Shown here in pieces: positions 37,485 to 49,490 of a stretch of 64,000 nt of DNA. The position numbers and the translations under genes were made by a program. This DNA is from Octopus sinensis (Eukaryota). The notes below the pieces were generated by a model. It saw only the letters and a program-made list of their open reading frames with translations, was not told the origin of the DNA and searched no databases. Location: assembly GCF_006345805.1 (NCBI RefSeq), contig NC_042997.1, positions 26,536,001-26,600,000 on the forward strand, written 5' to 3'. Position 1 is the first letter of the stretch. Each line of letters starts with the position of its first letter.

Positions 37485-37486
37485 GT
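37329..37486. repeat. (TA)n-centred inverted repeat
   Basis: ACTT(ACAT)7GCACAC on the left; the right arm reverse-complements to ACTT(ACAT)7 ACTTATAT GCACAC. Confidence 0.65.
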
Positions 37487-37657
37487 AATATATATATATA
37501 TATATATATCAGAAATATTAAATTTCTAAATATCTCATAGAGATATGTACGGGTCAAGACTACCACTAAATTATGGCATCAGGAGGCGTCGATGCTTCCT
37601 AGGGCTAAACAGCAGTGGTGTAATCCCCTACTGTCACGTTAAATTGACAGTATACAA

Positions 37658-37754
<97 letters not shown>

Positions 37755-37762
37755 GTGTGTGT

Positions 37763-38065
37763 GTGGAGGCGCAATGGCCCAGTGGTTAGGGTAGCGGATT
37801 CGCGGTCGTAGGATCGCGGTTTCGATTCCCAGACCGGGCGTTGTGAGTGTTTATTGAGCGAAAACACCTAAAAAAGCTCCACGAGGCTCCGGCAGGGTGT
37901 GGTGATCCCTGCTGTACTCTTTCACCACTCTTTCTCCCACTCTTTCTTCTGTTGACCTACTCGCTTAGCCAGAGGGGTGGCGTCATTCGAAGGCTAAAAC
38001 AATGCGAACGCATTGTGACCAGCGATGTGTAACAACATCTGATGGTCTGGCGGTCATGTGATCAC

Positions 38066-38070
<5 letters not shown>
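37763..38070 (+). mobile_element. SINE family D head with a different tail (T3)
   Basis: Head and middle match 7195; tail GGCGTCATTCGAAGGCTAAAACAATGCG...GGTCATGTGATCACG is unrelated to T1. Confidence 0.85.
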
Positions 38071-38117
<47 letters not shown>

Positions 38118-38123
38118 TATATA

Positions 38124-38248
38124 TACGACGAGCTTATTTCAATTTACCTCTACCAAATCCACTCACAAGGTTTTGGTCGGCCCGAGGCTATAGTAAAAGA
38201 CACTTTCCCAAGGTGCCCCGCAATGGGTGTGAACCAGGAACCATGTAG
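38124..38248 (-). mobile_element. SINE family A fragment
   Basis: CTACCAAATCCACTCACAAGG...GGCCCGAGGCTATAG...CCAAGGTGCC. Confidence 0.8.
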
Positions 38249-38645
38249 TATGGCCGCACTCTTATTACTGAGATAAGAAACGAATAAAATACATACACAA
38301 TACATACATATATGTGTGTCTGTGTGCATGTGTGCGTCTGCGTGCGTGTATGTATGTGCGTGTGTACGCGCGTGCGTGCGTGTGAGTGTCCGTATGTGTG
38401 TGTGAGTGTACGCATACGTAGGTGCAGCATGGATGAATAGTTCTGCAGTTCGCTTCGTATTCAGGAACGCTCGAATTCTCGTCTGCAGCGAAACAGTTTC
38501 AACGTATCTTTTAATTCATGCTGAAACAAGCCTGGTGAAAAAATATTACGGAGAATGAAGCTAAATGTAAGACTGTCTCATGGATTGAACTTGCAGTGTC
38601 GTGTTGAAATACCCTTATGTTAACGGTATAAGTGTGTCTGTGGAA

Positions 38646-39067
38646 AGGCGGCGAGCTGGCAGAAACGTTAGCACGCCGGGCGAAATGCTTTGCGGTATTT
38701 CGTCTGTCGTTACCTCCACAGTTCAAATTCCGCCGAGGTCGACTTTGCCTTACATCCTTTCGGGTTCGATTAAATAAGTACCAGTTACGCACTGGGGTCG
38801 ATATAATCAACTTAATCCATTTGTCTGTCCTTGTTTGTCATCTCTGTGTTTAACCCTTTGTGGGTAGTAAAGAAATAGGTATTTTGTCTGCCGTTACGTT
38901 CAGAGTTCAAATTCCGCCGAGGTCGACTTTGCCTTTCATCCTTTCGGGGTCGATTAGATAAGTACCAGTTACGCACTGGGGTCGACATAATCGACTTAAT
39001 CCGTTTGTGTGTCCTTGTTTGTCCCCTCTGTGTTTAGCCCCTTGTGGGTAGTAAAGAAATAAGTATA
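38646..39067 (+). mobile_element. SINE family B dimer with 13-bp TSD
   Basis: Units start at 38695 and 38879 (184-bp period); TGTGTCTGTGGAA at 38633-38645 and 39068-39080. Confidence 0.92.
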
Positions 39068-39312
39068 TGTGTCTGTGGAATTCTCAAACAATTCACTTGT
39101 TTATTTACAGAGCAAGTCTTTCATTTCATCGAACAATTCAATATCCTTCGTCATACTCATGTGTGTGCATATGTTTTGACATGTATACATATTTATACAC
39201 CCTCAGATTTAAAAATTAAAAAAAAATTACTTGCACACGATTCACTGAGCAAGCGATGTAGGAAATAGAAAAAAAATGATGAGACTGGAAAGAGATGCAT
39301 CTCTATATTACG

Positions 39313-39349
<37 letters not shown>

Positions 39350-39778
39350 ACATACACACACACACAGAGGCATAGATAGGTAGTGAGACAGCTAGCGAGA
39401 TTCGACCATAAATAGATCGATAGATAGATCAATTGAGATAGACAAAGACAGAAAGAAATGGAAGAAAGAATGATGATGGGTAAACACCATTGCTATAATT
39501 AAAATATAATATCATTGAGATTGCATTATTTCTTTTTTTACCTGGTGATACGGTATGAATCACGAACGGCTCAGGTATAAAAGAGAAAGGACCATCGTCT
39601 ATGTGTAATTTTTTCACTATCATGGATCAATCGAATAGAATACCCTGACGTGTTAGGACAGAGTTAATACTGGCAGATTAACTGATTTTTCACTGTGATC
39701 TGTCAATCGATGAAAGCTGGAGCAGCTCTAGGATTTCATGCAACCCGTGCTTTCGCTCAAAAGGACATATATATATAA

Positions 39779-39883
39779 TTTAATATGATATAGAATGTAA
39801 TGTGTGTGTATGCATGCATGTATGTATGTATGTATGCATGTATATACACACATATATATATATAAGTGTATATAAATGCATAC

Positions 39884-39953
<70 letters not shown>

Positions 39954-39967
39954 CATATATATATATA

Positions 39968-40001
<34 letters not shown>

Positions 40002-40019
40002 GAGATACATACATATATG

Positions 40020-40065
<46 letters not shown>

Positions 40066-40159
40066 CATTTATATACACTTATATATATGTGTGTGTGTAT
40101 ATACATGCATACATACATACATACACATGCATACACACACATTACATTCTATATCATAT

Positions 40160-40163
<4 letters not shown>
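39779..40163. repeat. ~385-bp near-perfect palindrome (inverted duplication) around a (TA)n spacer
   Basis: 39779-39816 TTTAATATGATATAGAATGTAATGTGTGTGTATGCATG is the exact reverse complement of 40126-40163; arms continue to ~39883/40061 including TAAGTGTATATAAATGCATAC. Confidence 0.92.
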
Positions 40164-40209
<46 letters not shown>

Positions 40210-40517
40210 TACGAGTGTGTGTGTGTTGTGTGTGTGTGTGTGTGTGTGTCTTTGTGTGTACGCATCCCACTCACGCACACACGCACGTCACACGCACACA
40301 TATAACGGATGGTGGTTTCTCCTGTTATGAAATTCAATTAAGCGGAAAAAAACTACTCACAACTGTTAGGTAGATTGGAATAATATTTATTGAAAGTTGA
40401 TTCGTCTGAAGCCAAAGAAAGAAGAAACGATACACGCACACGTAGTGGTACACGCACAGTCGCATTCATGTCTGTATTCACACCCATATTATATAGTGAG
40501 AGAGAAAGAGAAAGGGA

Positions 40518-40567
<50 letters not shown>

Positions 40568-40609
40568 TACATATATGTGTGTGTTTGTATGTTCATGAAT
40601 ATATTTGAC

Positions 40610-40960
40610 TTTTAAGACCAGCTGCTGATTAATAGGGTTTAAAACACAAGTGACAGATATTATTCAAGTTTCTTCTACATTTTTGCGCTTTAGAATCTAA
40701 TTCTGAAGGCATGTTTTGGTGATCAAGCATATGTCTTTTAAGTCCAGATATTGCCTTACAAGTTTTGTGCCGTATGACACAAGTCGTAAGAGGCGCTTTT
40801 GGTCTCAAATTTGTCATCTACCTGGACATTTCGATTTTCACGTGACTTCATATTTTTCACCGATCTTGCTTTTGAACAACAGAACACGATCGCATATAAA
40901 ACATATCCAAAGTTCGCTGTTGATTCCATTTCTAATTGTTCCTTTACAACAGGCTCTTTT
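40610..40960 (-). pseudogene. Decayed zinc-finger-like coding relic, probably a LINE (RTE-like) C-terminus
   Basis: WICFICDRVLL..., ...TCKAISGLKRHM, ICHLCFKPY*SAAGLKS: three CxxC...GLK.H-type motifs, followed by microsatellite. Confidence 0.5.
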
Positions 40961-41253
40961 AGGCTCAGATTATAAGTAATTATCCAAACAACACTTGAAT
41001 TGAAGTTAGTTCACGTGTAAATTAACGAACGTACTCTACATCATACAAAACAGAGTAGATAAACAGTTTACTCAAAGAATATTAAAGGCCCTAAAGAAAC
41101 TGCACCGTTATTACAGAAGGTTGCAACAGCAAAGATTACTAATTGGTGTTGTAGAAATATGTGTAAGCCTATGTGAAGCTGTATATATAAAAAGCAATTA
41201 AAGTTAATACTATGTCCCTTCATAATAATCCGAATTATTATTGATATATATAA

Positions 41254-41467
41254 AAGGGAGTTGGCAAAATCGTTACCACGCCAGGCAAAATGCTTAGTGG
41301 TATTCTGTCTGTCTCCGTGTCCTGAGTTCAAATGCCGCCAGTGTCGACTTCGCCTCTCGGGGTGTCGATAAATTATATACGAGTTACGCACTGGGGTCGA
41401 TGTAATCGACTGGTCCTCTTCACCAAAATATTAGTCCTTGTAACAATAGTAAAAAGGAATATTATTA
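41254..41467 (+). mobile_element. Diverged SINE family B, type II tail
   Basis: TGAGTTCAAAT...GTCGACTT...GTTACGCACTGGGGTCGATGTAATCGAC...CCAAAAT. Confidence 0.75.
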
Positions 41468-43349
41468 ATATGTGTGTGTATAAAATCTTTACATTTACCT
41501 ATCAGTTGACATATATATGTATAAGTGGGAGCAAATATTATATGTATGTATACTATGTAGTCCGTTATAACAAATACATCATTACTAAAGCTTTTATCGA
41601 CTTTTGATCACAGTTCATATGTAATAGTGAAAATATTCAACATACAGTTCTCTCTGTAAATATAAACTGCAATGGATTCCTTTGCCTTAGCATATGTATA
41701 TGTTTCCCTTATAGTTTAGTCACCCCCTCGCACGTGCGTGTGTGGTTGAGTGCATAGTGCCTGAATTATTTCTATATACACAAATACACACACGCGTGTG
41801 TATATGTGTTTAGTGCCTTGGTCATTTCTATTATGTCGCTTGTGCGATGATTATCACTATCTTACTAAATGCATTGGGATAATATTGTCACTAACTAATA
41901 CTTTTCCTTCGATATTCCATTGGTGGTTGTTCGCCAACGACTGCTTAAACTAACAACTGCAGCAATATATATTCAAACCGAATGTAATCGAGTATGGTTC
42001 TAAATACATTATCTGAAAAAAAAAAGGGGGAAACGATGTACAACGATACGATGGAAATGCTCTTTATCGTAGACCAACTGTAAGTCTGAACTGGACCTAC
42101 ATAAAACAGAGACAATCGTGGCTGCGAATGAGTAAAGTCGTTAGAGTGTCGGACAGAATAATTCGCGGTTTCTTTTACTTGACTCTCTGAACCCCAAGTT
42201 CGAATAATCCCGAGGTTGATATTTCTTTCAATTCGGGGCATTTCATAGAAATCTACCAATCTGAAGCGTGAATTAGTCGAATTGTAATTACTGCGGACAC
42301 AATATATCGCAGCAAATGCTTCGGCTCTTTATGCTCCGAGTTTCAATCCTGCCATGCCATAATTTAGTGGTAGTCTTGACCCGTTACTCAAATAAAAGCC
42401 ACTACTTAGCAACCTTGATGAGTTTAGCGGAGTTCAGTTTGTTGCGAGTATTCGACCCAAGTTTTCGGTTTGAAGATATTTCCTTCTCACACATCAGTTT
42501 CAGAGGCTCTGTATGTTACGTATCATTGACTCTAGCTTTCCTCCTGATAAAAAGCTAAGTAGCGATGTAAAATGTTGAAATAATGGTGCCTGGTAAATTG
42601 GAAAAGAGTTAGAAAAATTGCTGTATTTAATTATAATTCTTTATGTTGCAGTTTCGTTTCCTATATTTATATTCATATTTATGTATCCTTTATATTTAAT
42701 AATTCTGGATTTGATAAAATAAATGTTAGTAATGTAATGGCGACGAAATATCAAATTAATTGTTTCTTCTCCCTCGAACTGTGTGCCCTCGTGTTAATAT
42801 GTAGCAACATATATTGTTGTTGGTGATAGAGTCGTTTTAAAAACTCGTTACAGGAAGCAAACATAACTGTACATGGCTAACGTGCAATAAATACATATTG
42901 AACATCTAACATTATTTCTCATTATAACTTTAATTCAATTTGTCTTAAACTGAAAAACATATTTCGTATTATGATCAAATTATGTTTTATGTAATTCTTT
43001 AGTAAATGTGACTAATATTTCTGCTATCATTTATTTTGCTTTCCATTCTGAGCAATATATTTTATGCAATTCCAATTCATGATGAAAATTAAAATAAAAA
43101 GAACAGATTTATTTTACACAAATAACTTTAATTTAAAGGGATATAATTTTCAAGAATTCATTTAAATATATTTAAATTAGTTGCATTTTGGAATAGAAAG
43201 AGGAAAATATCAATATATTTGGCAAATGAGAATATAATTAGCAATTTCACAGTCAAACACTCGTTGATGTAATTATATTTGCATTCGTTAATCAATGTAT
43301 TGCATATAACATTTATAAAAGAGAAACTAAATTACGGGATTAAAATGAA

Positions 43350-43520
43350 GTAATCGAATGGGTTAAGCATTGGATCTCCAGCCCATATATCGCAAGTTCA
43401 AATCCATTTAGTGCTTCATGCTGATTTTGCTGTTGTTTAGTCTCACGTCAGATCTGATTGAGTAGACCGATGATCAAAGGTTTTTCCGATCATGACCACC
43501 CTTTTGATTTGAGGAATATT
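43350..43520 (+). mobile_element. Old tRNA-headed SINE-like relic
   Basis: TGGGTTAAG and GTTCAAATCC A/B-box-like motifs at tRNA-like spacing; no second clear copy in the window. Confidence 0.35.
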
Positions 43521-44448
43521 GTATCTCGGATTATATTTTGCTACTATTTCTAGATAAAATCACCGTGTAGGGTCTCTTTTGGTTCGAGTTTAATGTGATT
43601 TTTCGTCTCTATGGTATACAGCGTTTTACTCCAAATCTCCACACTTGAATGTCATTTTTTGAACAAGCACGGAAACCTCCATAAAAGTTACCTGTAATAG
43701 ATTGGTGTCCTGTCCAGTAAGAAATGCTTTTGTAAGCTATTTGCTGTCAGAGAAATCTTAATTAAGCAGTGATCTTACCAGCCTTATGAACAAACCAGTA
43801 GCTGACAGAATCCACTCATTCTTGCATTTAATAGAAAATCAGAAAAAAAAGAAACAAACAAACAGCAATTACTATTTCTGCTTTATTATATCTCGTGATA
43901 GCAATTGGGCTACTAGGTGTCAAGCACTTAAGGGCTCTACATTTGTCAGCTGAAAATTCGCTGCCTATAAATATGAAATAACTGAATATATTTTCAAATC
44001 ACACTAGAGTAGTTTGCTATTTGTTATTTATCGACTGTGTATAAGTTAGTGGCAAAGAGAGAGCCTTTACGCACGCTGTCATCCTTCTAGAAATCGCTGT
44101 CAAATCTCCGTTCAATCATACTTTGCTATCTTATAAATGTAGTGACACATTTAATAATATTGTACTACAAGCATTGTAAAATATAACGAGATAATCGTTA
44201 GGGCTGAACAAAAGCTCAAAAACAGCCACCACCACCACACAACAACGACGACGACGACAATGCATAAGATGTGAAATTATTTTCTACGAAAAGACGGATT
44301 CTGTGATTTTGTGACCATAAGATTATAATTCTGAAACTTATGGTTGATGCATTCTGAAATCGTGGTTTTATTGTGTTATGCAAATGAAAGGCTAATTCTC
44401 TCTTGACTAGTCCACCAAATATATCTCTTGAAGTTATAGTACCCATTT

Positions 44449-44871
44449 TCAACGAATGAGAGCCATGTCCAGAGAAATAACTTCTACAGATATGAACTTT
44501 GAAGCCATGTGATTGAAGTCATGGAGACAAGAATAATATGTGCTTAAGACGTTCGCTTCACAGTCACGTGGATTTGATGCGTTGTATCCTGAGCATGATG
44601 TACTTGCTGTACTCCGGATTGATGACAATGTTGTGAAGGAAACTTGGTAGCGATTATTACTACCTTTAGCGGAGACCACTTTCGGACCAGATCCGCAGTC
44701 TGAAGGTAACTTGTCTCTTTCTCTTCGGTTTTGTTTTGAGTTTTCAGAAGCTAAATTTACTATAGAGAAATGGGTAACTGGAGCTGAAATATGCGTGACC
44801 TTGAAAATCAAAGCTATAGCGGTAGTTGTAGATGAGCGATTGCACTTTACCAATAAATTCTCTCTTTTCAC
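44449..44871 (-). CDS. Unassigned 140-codon ORF; possible terminal exon (acceptor-like TTTCTCTATAG near 44763) or antisense shadow of a decayed element
   Basis: Longest non-repeat, non-transposon ORF in the window; S/T/N-rich; AATAAA about 80 nt past the stop; no recognisable domain. Confidence 0.25.
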   Translation of the reverse strand: MKRENLLVKCNRSSTTTAIALIFKVTHISAPVTHFSIVNLASENSKQNRRERDKLPSDCGSGPKVVSAKGSNNRYQVSFTTLSSIRSTASTSCSGYNASNPRDCEANVLSTYYSCLHDFNHMASKFISVEVISLDMALIR

Positions 44872-45515
44872 TAATGTCTTTTAGAGAAATGAGATTATGA
44901 ATAAATAATGGCATGTCCGGATGTTCTTTATTTCTCATAGAATTATCGAATGTCTTTTGAAGAATTAAACAATTTTTAAAAATATTTTTTTGATTTTTGC
45001 AAAAGCAGAATTTCAGTATTCTAAGTACATGAAGCGTGACTGTGGTGAAAAAGCTGCAATGGAAGCGTTCAAGACCAAGTATTTTTCAGTTTTTAGTTAT
45101 TCTCTAGATAATTTTATTCTGCTATTCCAAGCCATGTGCAATGATTTAAATTTACGTAAAGAAAAACTATAACGCTTCTGCTCTGTAGGAGAGGTCAGGA
45201 TTAGATTGAAATAAGTTCATAATAGTTTATCGTACTTGCCAAATAAAATAATGTCAGTCATTTTGTAACATTGTTTTCTTCTTCACTTTTTAATTATTTT
45301 ATAAAATTCAGAATCCTTGGAATCTTGCTAGTCTGCGTCGTCGAAGTTAATTTGTAGAAGACAATTGAGTTGTAAAAATAAACAATAAACAGTGTATTAA
45401 ACCAAGTGGAAAAAAGTGAAAAAGAAAAGACAAAAAGAATAAAATTAGTTTAGTGGAAGGCCGTTTATTAAGATAGAAGTGAGAAATGGATGCCAAAATG
45501 AGACAGTTTTATTTA

Positions 45516-45656
45516 TTAGGTTGTCCCAAAAGTTCGTAAACACTTGCGAAAATTGAATTTTTACTCGCCAAGTACTAACAAAAACAACAAAAATTATTCC
45601 TCAAAATAAAGACCATTATTTTCCAAGACTTTCTACGAATTTTTGGGACAACCGTA
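45516..45656 (+). mobile_element. 141-bp mariner-type MITE with TA TSD
   Basis: TA|TTAGGTTGTCCCAAAAGTTCGTA...TACGAATTTTTGGGACAACCGTA|TA. Confidence 0.9.
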
Positions 45657-47544
45657 TATTTATTGTTTAGTTTTCTTTGCTTATCACAACCGAGGATTTG
45701 ATGAGCATCGCTGAGAGGGAATATATAGTTTCTAACAGATGGAAAGAGAACAGGGGTAACTGCCAGTCATTGTCAATACAAAAGAAGTAGAAATGGGAAT
45801 CAGTAAGCAAATGTTGAATTAGTTGAAGAATTTGAGCGTCTGATAGAATGCCATGCGGTAATTATTCCGGTTGCTTTTTGTTCCAAGTTCACTTCCCACC
45901 TATAAATAAGCTTTGACTTTCATTCTTCAGACATCGGTCAGTATCGAATTTGTTTAGAATGAAGTGGAAGAATCGTTCGAACGTCTAACGAGATATCTCA
46001 CTGTTTTTCTCTTTCTCTCTCCTTACCTTTTGCCTACAATATATGTAAATGCTCCCTTATTTGCACACATTGTCCTTTCAACTCCTCTCCTCACACATAA
46101 AAAATCTCAGGTAGTCTCACACACCTGGTCACTCAAATATTTTACTCATTCTTATACACATACATAGTGCTATACACATAAATATATCTCGCGTTCATGT
46201 TCTTAGTTCGAAACTAGATACGATCTACTGGATTTGTAGGTTCAACTCAATACCCTGTATAACACTACTTCAAAGACCTTGGGCACCCTCAGTGAAGTGG
46301 ATTCTTTTACAAGAATTTTCCTAGGTTTCCGGTTTGAAATTTTGTTTTTCAATACTTTCATCTTTTCTACCAACCACTGAGACCCTGACAAAGGATCATT
46401 AGCATTTCAATTCTTTCTAAGTGACAAGAGTCGTGTATGACACTTAATTTGTGTGAGTGGCTCAATAGAAAAATTGACTGGCCAAGTATGTGCGACAGTG
46501 TGTTTTTTGCCAGTAGGCAAATGGAATAAATGAACCATAGGAATACATGTGCATCTAGATGTTTAAGAAGCAAAGTAATGGAAGACGGTAAAGGAAAACT
46601 ATCCGGTTGTAAATTTCAATAGGAGGGATCATAATGCGATAAACAGGCCGTTGCTCTTCTTTATATCGCTTGAGGTCACTTGAAGAAGAACAACGAATTA
46701 TTTTCTGTATGGATATGCTCAATCCCAGTAGGTTAATGAGCGGTTAGTTTCCTTCAGTCTTTTTGTTTTCTACTGTTATCCCTACCCATGTAGAAGCATG
46801 TTTATTCATGAAGTCCATCGCTTCTGCTTCTTTACTTACACATGTATGTTGTCCCTTTTCACATTTCTACTCAACCACATAAATATACAGTGTCATGCAA
46901 ACACAAATATGGCTTTAAAAAAATCCTGTTTAAGTAGTACAAGTGAAATACTAAGGATTTTAGCGAGTGCAGTGTAGAGCAGTGAAGTAATGTCATGTAT
47001 AAAATTACAAATGTTACGGTAGTGACAGGAGAATGGATGTATACAAGATGTTTGGGCACATTCTGATGGTTTGTGAAAAAGGGAGAGGTTGTCCAAGATA
47101 CATGAAAGAAGCAGCAGGGTCGGATTCAAAGAAAACAGTTTGGGAAAATGGCTCACTGAAAAGGTCGGTTGGCGAGTGGGAGGTGAGAAGGAAGTAAACT
47201 CGTTTAGTGGTTAAGTGTGTATCAGAAAAGCTGGCAGAAAAGAGGTAATTTCATTTCGCTTTTAATTTATTTCACCAAATTATTACATGTCACGTACTGA
47301 CATGAATTTAATCAAATATTCATTTCCATGACAGAAACACGTAATATGTCAGAAATGCACAAATATAAGAAACACATTCGTAATCTGCCAATTTTAGCAT
47401 TCCATTGAAAAGTCAGAGACTCCTATTTGAGCCTCTAATAAATTATCTTGTACTCTAAAGTTCGTTGCGAGTACACATCTTCATTCCTCTTATCTGTACT
47501 CACGTATACATTTTCCTTTCACGCATATACATTACAAGCAGTAA

Positions 47545-47895
47545 AATTTGTTCCAACGGAACAGCCATGTTTAAGTGGCGACAAAGTTATTTCTCAGTAT
47601 AGTTGTTACCTTTATCTCTTTTAGAGATTTTCTAAATAGCTAATTTGCTTGTTGCAAGATCAGTGACTGTGTGCTACTTGCTTTCTATATATTGTGAGCT
47701 GGAGTGAACTACTGTTATCTCTAGAGGACAGGTATCCATCACCGAGGACGACCAAAGTGTGGTCGAAACAGTTCAATCTCATGGTCTCGTAGCTAGAAGA
47801 CGGTAGGGGTTCACTCCCTGCTTGCAAATTGCATCGAATAACCAGCTGGAGGACACCTTCTCTTGGTGTTAAAGATAGCAGTAACGTCTGTTCCT
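47545..47895 (+). mobile_element. Non-coding repeat family F, copy 1
   Basis: 47635-47820 is the diverged reverse complement of 49626-49810; flanks match 49860-49975. Confidence 0.7.
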
Positions 47896-48344
47896 ATATA
47901 TACATATAGATCTCTAGCCACTACACATTCTTTATTTTCTCTCCTTGTTTCTTTCTCCGTTCTTTTCTGTGGAAGAGCGTAAGCTTGAAACGTTAAAGAC
48001 ATTTTCACTACCAGAGCTTTACACTAATACATCTGTTTGTTGTCTACTCCACTTGTCTTCGTCTTTTGGATTCTTCTTTTGTGAATTCTCCCCACCTCTC
48101 TTTCTCTCTATCTATCTATATATATGTATAAACATCTGGGAATCCTGTGGAGATTAGGAAACAGTGGCAGGTAGAAACAGGAAAAATACGCATTTGGTAC
48201 ACTTGAGAAGCGAATACACATTTTCACTTTCTTATGCATACATATATTTTGTGTTTGTGCATATGCACACGACTGCGTGCATGCATACACAACAAAATAA
48301 AATAATCCCATTAAAGTATGGACCATGACAGTTGAATCCACGCC

Positions 48345-48618
48345 TGTCTCGTTAGGGCCGGTTTCCCGGTTTCCTTGGCGTATAAGTTCCCCACTTGGAC
48401 GGGACGCCGGTCCATCGCAGGTGAGCTGCAAAATGCCGGAGGAAAGAGTGAGAGAATGTTGTGGCGAAAAGGTCTGCAGAAGTTCGCCATTTCCTTTTGC
48501 CGGAGCCGCGTGGAGCTTAGGTTTTTCGCTCATAAACACACACATAGCCCGGTCTGAGATTCGAACCTGCGATCCCTCGAGCGAGAGTCCGATGCACTAA
48601 CCACTAGGACATGTGCCT

Positions 48619-48621
<3 letters not shown>
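48345..48621 (-). mobile_element. SINE family D, tail T1 variant
   Basis: Reverse complement of the 27901 copy; head ends at GTGCCTCCAC. Confidence 0.88.
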
Positions 48622-48664
<43 letters not shown>

Positions 48665-48699
48665 GTATGTATGTATATATATAAATAAATAAAAATAAA

Positions 48700-48937
48700 T
48701 GCACTCTTTCAAAGCCTAGCCAGGCTCATGGGCCCGGTTTACCGGTTTCAATGGCGTATGCGTTTCCCAGCTGGATGAGACGCCAGTCCATCGCAGCGTT
48801 ACCCCTTCTTGCCAGTTGAATGGACTGGAGCAACGTGAAATGAAGTGTTTTGCTCAAGAACACAACGCGTCCGGAATCGAAACCACAATCTTACGATCAT
48901 GATGGTGACACCCTAACCACTAAGCCACGCGCCTCCA
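48700..48937 (-). mobile_element. SINE with family C head and tail T1
   Basis: Head CACTAAGCCACGCGCCTCCA and core GGAGCAACGTGAAAT...TTGCTCAAGAACACAAC as in 21805, but tail ATGGGCCCGGTTT..CGGTTTC as in family D. Confidence 0.85.
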
Positions 48938-49490
48938 TGTATATATATGCATACATACATACATACATACATGCGCGCATGTGTGTATCTGTGTAGTATT
49001 GATTTGAGAAAGGGCTCAGGGTTAGTCCTTAATGCCTTAGTGAACTGCTTTAATAAGCTGTTAAGAATGAAGCATGAAGTATCCTCAATATTTTTCATCC
49101 TGTATTATGTAAAATCCTACTAACGGTAAATATGTTTGTTGTTTATTAAGAATCTGACATTAACATTATGAAAAACTTTATTTATGTATGTTTACACGTA
49201 TATATGTGTGTATGTAATTATGTAAGCATACAGGTAAATAAATGTGAATGTGTGTTTATGTCTATGTAGAAGTAATTACGATCAAAATAAGTATTTATTT
49301 TAGTTTTTTCTTCTAGGTGCGTTTCTCCATTGCCGTTGTTTTGAACTTTGCACTGAATGTTCCAACTGAAATTACATACATTCATGCATGCACACATATC
49401 TACATACACACAAACACATAATACAACACACACACACACACATACACAACACACAGACACATACGCATGTAATATATATTTACTTAGATA

